A DNA stretch of 32,000 nt from Breznakia sp. PF5-3 (GTDB taxonomy: Bacteria; Bacillota_I; Bacilli_A; Erysipelotrichales; Erysipelotrichaceae): positions 1-32,000 of the forward strand of contig NZ_JAQFIQ010000026.1 in NCBI RefSeq assembly GCF_029504745.1. The letters are read 5' to 3'. The translations under genes and the position numbers were made by a program. The first letter of the stretch is position 1. Every line of letters begins with the position of its first letter. The notes under the pieces were generated by a model. The model had not been told where the DNA came from and searched no databases. It was given only the letters and a program-made list of their open reading frames with translations. Of the stretch, positions 23,152-32,000 are shown one piece after another.

Positions 23152-24666
23152 TTATTCACTGATCCATTTTTGATGATCAATTTTATATACTTTTGGATGT
23201 AATTGATTCAGTAAATAACGATCATGTGTTGTAAGTATTAAACAGCCTTGATATTCTTTTAAAAGCCGTGTAATTACTGGTTTACTAAGTGGTGAAATAT
23301 TTCTTGTTGGTTCATCCATCAATAACACTTTTGGTTCTGACAAAATTAAATACACCACACATAATTTAGCTTTTTGCCCTTCACTTAAATCCATAATCTT
23401 TTTATCCATCTCAAGTGCTGTTAAGTGAATAGCGCCTAAAAATTCTTGAATTTGTGTAAGTGAACTCTCTGTAGCTTGTTGTAGAAACTGAATTGGTGTT
23501 TTTTGATAATCTAATATCTCTTCATAGTTCTGTGGCATATATGCATAATCCAAATCATTGTCAGCAATGATTTGACGTACTGTTTTCAACAGAATCGTTT
23601 TTCCTGTTCCATTGTCACCAATCAGTGCTATCTTATCTTGTCCAAAAATTTCTATATTACAATCTTTTATTAATAATCGATCATTGATATAAATATCTTC
23701 ATGTAAATCAAGGACGCGTTTGCTAGCATGATAATGCTCATTTTTTAATTGCAAATTAATCTCTTCTTCATAGGTATCTAAGTCAAAATCATCTTCACCT
23801 AATCTTTCTTCAATACCTTTCACAACCTTCATTTTCTTCTTTAATAAACGTCCCATAAATGGCATACTTCTTGGTACATTGTTTTGTGCATGAGTAACCG
23901 CATTTTTAATATCATTAATATGATTCATTTGCTTTTTATACTCGCGTTTCTTACTCGCAACAACTTGCTTTTCCTTATCGTAAAGCTGATTGCGTTGTTC
24001 CACATATTCATGATAATCATTTCCAACCAGCGTCCATACGGGTTTATTACGTTTATTACGTTGTTCTAAATGTAATATCTGATCTGCACATTCTTCAATT
24101 AATTCAATATCATGAGAAATAAATAAAACTCCACAACTACTCATTTTTATATACTCACTCAACCATTCAATCGTTGAAATATCCAAATCATTTGTTGGTT
24201 CATCCAACAACAATAAATCAGGGTCATCTTTTAATACTTTTAACAGTCGAAGTTTAACCCTTTCACCTCCACTTAATTCTTTCATTTTCTGATCTCGATA
24301 CAATAATTCTTTTGGTATATTAATCTTCACACATAATGCTTCATACGTTTGATATAAGTTATAGTCTAATTCTTCGTCTATTTGGTCCTTCAATAAAAAT
24401 TCATAAATAAAACATGCATTCCAATCCTCTCCTATCTGCTGTGGCAGATAAGCAACAAGATCAAACTGCATGTCTATAGTTCCAATAATCTGTGCATAAG
24501 AATGCACACTCCTTTTATCATATATTGCTTTCAAAAGTGTAGATTTACCATTTCCCTCTTCACCAATGATAGCAATTTTATCACCTTTATTTATAATAAG
24601 TGACAAATCATTTATTAATACTTTTGAAGTAGTATCAGTTATTGTAAGATGCTGTATTTTTAACAT
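23152..24666 (-). CDS. ABC-F family ATPase (two fused ABC domains, no TMD); possible ARE-type ribosome-protection protein
   Basis: I chose the start at 24666 (GAGAGGGGGA SD), giving 504 aa. Domain 1 has 'GEEGNGKST', 'LSGGERVKL' and 'LLLLDEPTNDLD'. Domain 2 has 'GDNGTGKT', 'LSEGQKAKL' and 'LLMDEPTRNIS'. A Lys/Arg-rich inter-domain linker of about 65 aa joins them. Confidence 0.85.
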   Translation of the reverse strand: MLKIQHLTITDTTSKVLINDLSLIINKGDKIAIIGEEGNGKSTLLKAIYDKRSVHSYAQIIGTIDMQFDLVAYLPQQIGEDWNACFIYEFLLKDQIDEELDYNLYQTYEALCVKINIPKELLYRDQKMKELSGGERVKLRLLKVLKDDPDLLLLDEPTNDLDISTIEWLSEYIKMSSCGVLFISHDIELIEECADQILHLEQRNKRNKPVWTLVGNDYHEYVEQRNQLYDKEKQVVASKKREYKKQMNHINDIKNAVTHAQNNVPRSMPFMGRLLKKKMKVVKGIEERLGEDDFDLDTYEEEINLQLKNEHYHASKRVLDLHEDIYINDRLLIKDCNIEIFGQDKIALIGDNGTGKTILLKTVRQIIADNDLDYAYMPQNYEEILDYQKTPIQFLQQATESSLTQIQEFLGAIHLTALEMDKKIMDLSEGQKAKLCVVYLILSEPKVLLMDEPTRNISPLSKPVITRLLKEYQGCLILTTHDRYLLNQLHPKVYKIDHQKWISE

Positions 24667-24758
24667 ACAAATTCCCCCTCTCAAATAGTTAAGGGACCAT
24701 AGACAAGACATTATCAAAATATCGTATTCGAGATATTTCAAATTTCATAATGTATTAT

Positions 24759-24770
24759 CTATTTCTTCAT
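24759..24770 (-). other. Three-codon mini-ORF (ATG AAG AAA TAG; MKK*) in the ABC-F leader
   Basis: It is preceded by AGGTGGTGA (24774-24782), with the ATG 4 nt after the GGTGA core. It lies between the predicted -10 and the ABC-F start. Confidence 0.3.
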
Positions 24771-24789
24771 CTTCTCACCACCTGCAAAC

Positions 24790-24798
24790 ATTATAGCA
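24790..24798 (-). promoter_or_regulatory. Extended -10 promoter (TGCTATAAT) for the ABC-F gene
   Basis: Perfect TGnTATAAT on the minus strand. It implies a 5' leader of about 115-120 nt. Confidence 0.45.
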
Positions 24799-24822
24799 CA
24801 ACTTTCCCATAAAAAAAGCGTT

Positions 24823-26169
24823 TTATAACTCTTTTCTAGTATATTTTTGATAACTTACAACACTTATAATTATCATCATAGCAAATCCTAGTAATAAAAA
24901 CTGGTGATTGATATCACTTGCATCAGATGTTTTTACACTTTGCATAGATATCCTTTTACTATCCTCTTTCGTATCATTTACTGGTAGCTTTGTTGAATCT
25001 TTTGGTTTTGAATCAACAGGTGTTATTACAAGCTCTTCATCACTCTCATAATGATATGTGATAGTTAACTTGTGAGCCAATATCCAATTGTCTGATAAAT
25101 AATATAATATGTATTCTGGGTGATCGAAAGGATCATCATCTAAATGAAATGGATAAGCACTTAATTTGTGCATATGTACATCATCCTCAATCTTTAAAGT
25201 CTCTGTAACAACAGGTGTTTTCCAAGTAACAGTATTCCCTGAAAATCCAATACTAGATCCGCTAGTCACCGCACTACTACTTGATGGTTTTACTGCAGGA
25301 TTTCCATAATCTTCTACTTCATAAAAACCAGCAATATCCAATGATGTACTTGTTGCATCAGTGATTGTTATAATTGATGAATCTCCATATGTATTCGTAT
25401 TATCATAGAACCCCATATGTTTTAGTGTTCCTTTGCGATTACTATATGTCGTTGTATCATAAAACTGCCCAACATACTTTAGATTGATGGACTGTCCAAC
25501 AACCGCAGTAAAACTGGTATTCAATGTGTATACTTTCCAAAAGTCATTCATACTATCAATTTCTGCTTTTGTCATACCAATAGGATCGGGATTCATTTTA
25601 TCTTGCCGATTTTGATAGACAATTGCAGAAACATTATATTTCTTTACTTCTGCTACCAATACTTTTACAACATATGGATCCTCTGTTTGCTCATATTCAG
25701 AAATATAGGAAAAAGATTCATTTTGATTATAAGGAACTACCATATAATTCATTGGTAAGTTTTGATTAAACATTGCATTAATATCACCAATTTTCTTTAT
25801 GTAATCTCCTATATAATCTTCATAATCTGCATATCCTTCATCAGCTCCAATAAAGGTACTAGCATTATAATTTCCAACATAGTATTCTATTCTCACTTTT
25901 TGACGATATCTAGAAATACTAATTTCTTTTAAATCATATTGTTTATCATTATATTCTTTTTGTTGAAGATTGTTACCTTGTTCATCATTCAACAAATTTG
26001 TCGTCTCATCTTCTTTAATTGTTCTATTTGATGAAACAGTTGTTCCATCATAGTCATACTGTATCTGAACACCTTTCTCATCTGCATGAACATTACCACC
26101 TAAAACGGTTGAACAAATGCCTATAATAGATACAGTAACTATCACTACTATTTTCTTTAATACTTTCAT
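24823..26169 (-). CDS. Secreted surface protein with sortase-like tripartite C-terminus (non-canonical motif)
   Basis: 448 aa. The N-terminal signal peptide ends '...GGNVHA|DEK'. The C-terminus reads 'SVKTSD' + 'FLLLGFAMMIIISVVSY' + 'QKYTRKEL'. I recognised no domain in the body. Confidence 0.7.
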   Translation of the reverse strand: MKVLKKIVVIVTVSIIGICSTVLGGNVHADEKGVQIQYDYDGTTVSSNRTIKEDETTNLLNDEQGNNLQQKEYNDKQYDLKEISISRYRQKVRIEYYVGNYNASTFIGADEGYADYEDYIGDYIKKIGDINAMFNQNLPMNYMVVPYNQNESFSYISEYEQTEDPYVVKVLVAEVKKYNVSAIVYQNRQDKMNPDPIGMTKAEIDSMNDFWKVYTLNTSFTAVVGQSINLKYVGQFYDTTTYSNRKGTLKHMGFYDNTNTYGDSSIITITDATSTSLDIAGFYEVEDYGNPAVKPSSSSAVTSGSSIGFSGNTVTWKTPVVTETLKIEDDVHMHKLSAYPFHLDDDPFDHPEYILYYLSDNWILAHKLTITYHYESDEELVITPVDSKPKDSTKLPVNDTKEDSKRISMQSVKTSDASDINHQFLLLGFAMMIIISVVSYQKYTRKEL

Positions 26170-26263
26170 TCTATATGCCTCCCTGAATGATGAGGCTATC
26201 TTATCATTTTATAAATATTACATTTATAAAATGTCTTAAAACACAATTAAAATGCTATCGAAC

Positions 26264-26292
26264 AAAAAAACAGTCTATTTATGTAGACTGTT
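26264..26292 (-). terminator. Rho-independent terminator after the PHP gene
   Basis: Perfect 9-bp stem AACAGTCTA/TAGACTGTT with a 6-nt loop and a U7 tract. The stem contains the final codons and the stop. Confidence 0.75.
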
Positions 26293-27169
26293 TCATTAGC
26301 TTTCTTATTTCATTAATTAAGATGTCTTCTTCCGCTTTTGGCATTCTACATTCTCCCATAAATACTCTAGGTTTCGTTTTGCCATGAAAATCACTTCCAC
26401 ATGTCATCAATAATTGATGGCTTTGTGCATAGTTCTTATAATAATCAATTTGTTCAGCACTATGATAACTACTATATACTTCTATACCATCAATACCTGA
26501 GTCTATGATATCTTCCATCAATTGATCATTTTCTTTCACATTGTTACCAGGATGCGCTAATACAACAAGTGCTCCTTGCTTACGATAAATTGTGAGTGCA
26601 TCTTCAAGGGTAATATATTTAATTTCCACATAGGCTGGTTTTCCTTTTGCACAATAATCCCAATAGAAGTTTACATAAGGATTATCACTACGTGCGCCAC
26701 CAGGATAATATTCTTTTAAATATGGATTATCACGATTTCTTTCATCTTCCATTATGACTTCACATATTGTTTCTGCAACATACACGCCATTGGGCGATAA
26801 TGCATCCAATTTCACTTTATCAATATAAACATTAAGAATATTTTGTATGACATCAAGTCGCATTTGACTAGCCGCCAACTCTTGTTCTAATATAGTTTCT
26901 TCTATTTCCTCAAATATATCACTAGTTGGATCAATCCCATATCCTAATAGATGAAAATCTTTATCTTGAAAAGTCACATCCAACTCAATTGCTGGAATTA
27001 TTTCAATACCTTTCTTATCAACATTATCAAAATATGCTTTTGTTGAATTATGATCCGTTATTGCAATATAAGATATAGCTTTCTTATTTGCCATATCAAT
27101 CAACATTTGGGGTGTATACTCACCATCATCGCTATATAGTGAGTGCATATGCAAATCAATTTTATTCAT
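26279..27169 (-). CDS. PHP-domain metal-dependent phosphoesterase (TrpH/YciV, COG0613-like)
   Basis: 296 aa. 'IDLHMHSLYSDDG', 'ITDHN', 'LAHPG' and 'GSDFHG' are PHP metal-ligand motifs. An AAGGAG SD lies upstream. Confidence 0.8.
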   Translation of the reverse strand: MNKIDLHMHSLYSDDGEYTPQMLIDMANKKAISYIAITDHNSTKAYFDNVDKKGIEIIPAIELDVTFQDKDFHLLGYGIDPTSDIFEEIEETILEQELAASQMRLDVIQNILNVYIDKVKLDALSPNGVYVAETICEVIMEDERNRDNPYLKEYYPGGARSDNPYVNFYWDYCAKGKPAYVEIKYITLEDALTIYRKQGALVVLAHPGNNVKENDQLMEDIIDSGIDGIEVYSSYHSAEQIDYYKNYAQSHQLLMTCGSDFHGKTKPRVFMGECRMPKAEEDILINEIRKLMKQST

Positions 27170-27183
27170 TTGAAGCTCCTTTA

Positions 27184-27678
27184 CTATATTTGTACTTCAA
27201 CCCTTTCTTGGTTGAGTAAATAACTATACTGTCTAATATCATAATAGCATAGTTTTACATCATCGTTTGCTTCAAATTTACATCTATCTAAATTTTTATC
27301 TCGTAAGCATACATAATGAACACCAAAAATATCCATATCAATAAGCCGATTAGCTTCATCTTCTACACCGATAAAGTCTACTAAGACCTCTTTACCAAGA
27401 GCTTCAGCAATCAATAAGGTATTGCGAATCACTTCATCAGATGCTACCCCTAAAACACTAACAATATCAGCTCCTTCATCAAATGCTGTTTTCGCATTCA
27501 AGAAATCTTCACCACTTATTTTCAAATCAACAAGCACTTTTGCGGTTGGATATTTATCTTTTATTCCATTTATCCATTGTGAACCAGAAATCATTGGATG
27601 TACTCCAACATTTACAATTACATTTTTATCACTTGTTGCATCCATACATAACAAATCTTTAATTAGTTGCTTTTTCAT
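27184..27678 (-). CDS. Short, divergent OMP-decarboxylase-suprafamily (HPS/KGPDC-like) protein
   Basis: 164 aa. By eye it aligns with 3-hexulose-6-P synthase/UlaD through beta1-beta6 ('LVDLKISGED', 'GADIVSVLG', 'VLVDFIGV', 'GVHYVCL'). It lacks the last third of the barrel. It has 'NVGVHP' where the family has 'vEiGTP'. Confidence 0.5.
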   Translation of the reverse strand: MKKQLIKDLLCMDATSDKNVIVNVGVHPMISGSQWINGIKDKYPTAKVLVDLKISGEDFLNAKTAFDEGADIVSVLGVASDEVIRNTLLIAEALGKEVLVDFIGVEDEANRLIDMDIFGVHYVCLRDKNLDRCKFEANDDVKLCYYDIRQYSYLLNQERVEVQI

Positions 27679-27834
27679 GATCTTTCACTCCTTTTACACC
27701 TTCATAATAAGCAAAGTATAAATAGAATACAATAGGCTTTGAAAACCAAAAGAAAGAACCTTTTGTAACCAAAAATTAATGCTTTTTATATCTATGAATC
27801 GGAAATTTTTGGCAATACCAATATTTTTATAAAC

Positions 27835-27882
27835 AAAAAAAAATACACCATGTTATTTAGTTATCAAAATAACAAGATGTAT
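27835..27882 (-). terminator. Rho-independent terminator after the nitroreductase gene
   Basis: 14-position stem 27843-27856/27869-27882 (12 pairs, 2 mismatches), followed by a U8 tract (A-run 27835-27843 on the plus strand). Confidence 0.55.
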
Positions 27883-27893
27883 CTATTCTATTA

Positions 27894-28454
27894 TTAAAAA
27901 ATGTAAGATACACGATTATAATTCAATGTTCTTTCTTCTTGGTTCTCATTGCTTTTATATCCTACGATTAAGGAAGCGCATGGTTTATACCCTTCTGGGA
28001 TATTCAACTTTTCTTTTAGGGATGCATGTTTCTTAAGTACAAAGGCAAGAATTGGATAAAATAACCAACATGATCCTAAGTTTAAAGACTCACTTGCCAA
28101 CAACATATTTTGTGTAACTGCTCCTGCATCTTGATCAGGACTAGAACTATCTTCTTTTGCAGATACAAGAATTAATGTTGGGGCTTGATATAAGCAATGA
28201 AATTCTTCATCCTTTCCTAAATCACTCAATCCCTCAATTGCTAATTCTACAGCTGTTGCTTTTGCCAAATCATTGATTTCATCTAAAATGTCTTTGTTTT
28301 GAATAACACTTATAAAAGTAGAATTCCTTTCTGCATAAGGAGCACTTAAGCCTGCCTCAACAATTGTTTCAATCAATTCTTTTGGAACCTGATCCTTTTT
28401 AAAATCACGAATACTACGTCGCTTTCTTATATTCTGAAGTACTTGATTTTCCAT
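27894..28454 (-). CDS. Nitroreductase family protein (FMN-dependent)
   Basis: 186 aa. The N-terminal 'RRSIRDFKKDQVPKELIETIVEAGLSAP' is typical of the family. Confidence 0.85.
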   Translation of the reverse strand: MENQVLQNIRKRRSIRDFKKDQVPKELIETIVEAGLSAPYAERNSTFISVIQNKDILDEINDLAKATAVELAIEGLSDLGKDEEFHCLYQAPTLILVSAKEDSSSPDQDAGAVTQNMLLASESLNLGSCWLFYPILAFVLKKHASLKEKLNIPEGYKPCASLIVGYKSNENQEERTLNYNRVSYIF

Positions 28455-28461
28455 ATTGCTA

Positions 28462-28506
28462 CCGTCCTTTTTAAAGCCAATTTCATTATATCTTAAAAAG
28501 GTACGG
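28462..28506 (-). promoter_or_regulatory. 13-bp stem-loop whose 3' arm contains the nitroreductase SD
   Basis: Arms 28462-28474 and 28493-28506 pair 13 bp with one bulge, around an 18-nt loop. The only SD-like element (AAAGGA, about 28465-28470) lies inside the 3' arm. No U-tract follows. Confidence 0.4.
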
Positions 28507-28533
28507 CATGCACAGACTTTAAACTATTAATAT

Positions 28534-29184
28534 TTATAATGATTTATTAAACTCTTTGATGGTGGCTTTCTCACCATCATAGCTAACCATTGTAAGACTA
28601 CCATTTCCAATCTCTTGATTAACATTGATACGCTTATCAATACTGTGAACAATTTTACGAATTGTATTCCCATGTGTTACAACTAACACATTTACATCTT
28701 TATTTACTGCACTATTATAAATATTATTAATTCCTTTGGTTGCCCTCTTCACTACATCTTCATATGTTTCCGCATTTTTAAAAGGATCAATTTTTTGTAA
28801 AGTATTTGAAATTTTAATATAATCCCCTTGCTTAGCAAAAAGTTCATTTACATCATTGTAACCAAATTCATTTGCTACTTTTCCCCATACCTCTTTACTT
28901 GCATCACCTTCCAAACCACCAAAAAAAGTTTCTCTAAAATTACTATCCGTAATCAATGCTTTATCCACTAATGATTGGTTATATTCTTTGATGATTTTCG
29001 CTGTATGAATCGTTCTTCCCAAATCACTGCTATAAATATTCTCGAATACAACATCTGCCAAAGCAACACCGCTACTTTTTGCATTATCAATTCCTTCATC
29101 TATAAGTGGAGTATCTGACCACCCTTGCATTTTCTCATACATATTAAAATATGTTTTTCCATGTCGAATAAAATAAAAGTTCAT
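28534..29184 (-). CDS. Histidine phosphatase superfamily protein (phosphoglycerate-mutase-like)
   Basis: I chose the start at 29184 (GGAGG SD 5 nt upstream), giving 216 aa. It has the 'FIRHGKTYFN' RHG motif and 'VVTHGNTIR'. Confidence 0.85.
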   Translation of the reverse strand: MNFYFIRHGKTYFNMYEKMQGWSDTPLIDEGIDNAKSSGVALADVVFENIYSSDLGRTIHTAKIIKEYNQSLVDKALITDSNFRETFFGGLEGDASKEVWGKVANEFGYNDVNELFAKQGDYIKISNTLQKIDPFKNAETYEDVVKRATKGINNIYNSAVNKDVNVLVVTHGNTIRKIVHSIDKRINVNQEIGNGSLTMVSYDGEKATIKEFNKSL

Positions 29185-29281
29185 AAGTTCCTCCATTAAC
29201 ATTACTATGACATTGTAAATTAAATACCTGTATTATGCAAAGTAAAAGTATCTTCTATCATACAGAATCCTATACAGAAAT

Positions 29282-29342
29282 AAAAAAAAGAGCTGAAACG
29301 CTCGCCATTAATCAATCGATTAAATTGCTTCATTTCAGCTCT
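29282..29342 (-). terminator. Rho-independent terminator after the 6-phospho-beta-glucosidase gene
   Basis: 10-bp outer stem AGAGCTGAAA/TTTCAGCTCT (29289-29298/29333-29342) with an inner TTAATC/GATTAA helix, followed by a U8 tract. Confidence 0.6.
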
Positions 29343-29349
29343 TTCTACT

Positions 29350-32000
<2,651 letters not shown>

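Noticed and set aside
24689-24748. Second possible leader ORF upstream of the ABC-F gene (MKFEISRIRYFDNVLSMVP*).
   Set aside because: No SD-like sequence lies upstream of its ATG. The 3-codon mini-ORF at 24759-24770 has much better initiation signals. I kept this one only as a note.

Overview
This is a 32-kb chromosomal segment from a low-GC Gram-positive (Bacillota-like) genome. GGAGG-type Shine-Dalgarno (SD) sites, lipoboxes and hairpin+U-tract terminators follow almost every transcription unit. Hand-counted 100-nt samples give a background of about 23-32% GC. I support 35 CDS, 31 of them on the minus strand, which suggests that strand is co-oriented with replication. I recognised no rRNA, tRNA, CRISPR, transposase or integrase. 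All calls come from motif and architecture reading by eye; no database search was possible.

Gene content, left to right:
- (i) A tightly packed 7-gene aromatic meta-cleavage operon: IclR regulator, XylT-like ferredoxin, type I extradiol dioxygenase, meta-cleavage-product (MCP) hydrolase, hydratase, acetaldehyde dehydrogenase, aldolase. It is clearly GC-richer (about 38-43%) than its surroundings.
- (ii) A very AT-rich 3-gene cassette: a restriction-endonuclease-like (REase-like) small protein, a 731-aa lipoprotein with a transglutaminase core, and a SUKH/SMI1-KNR4 protein.
- (iii) An MFS (UMF1) transporter and a Tyr-phosphatase.
- (iv) A GC-rich solitary DUF3795 gene, then a GyrI-like gene and a WYL/YafY regulator.
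- (v) An ABC exporter pair, an SDR plus a coupled 66-aa ORF, a lipoprotein, gpmA, DUF3788, and a J-domain protein with a Q/N-rich segment and C-terminal membrane anchor.
- (vi) A threonine-aldolase-family enzyme, a Gfo/Idh/MocA oxidoreductase, and an ABC-F ATPase with a structured leader.
- (vii) A surface protein with a non-canonical sorting signal, a PHP phosphoesterase paired with a truncated OMPDC/HPS-like protein, a nitroreductase and a histidine phosphatase.
- (viii) A bgl-type unit (PTS EIIC-EIIA region plus GH1 6-phospho-beta-glucosidase) that runs off the right edge.

Best candidates for follow-up: the horizontally acquired, O2-dependent meta-cleavage operon; the lipoprotein/SUKH cassette; the prion-like tail-anchored J-protein; and the ABC-F leader.
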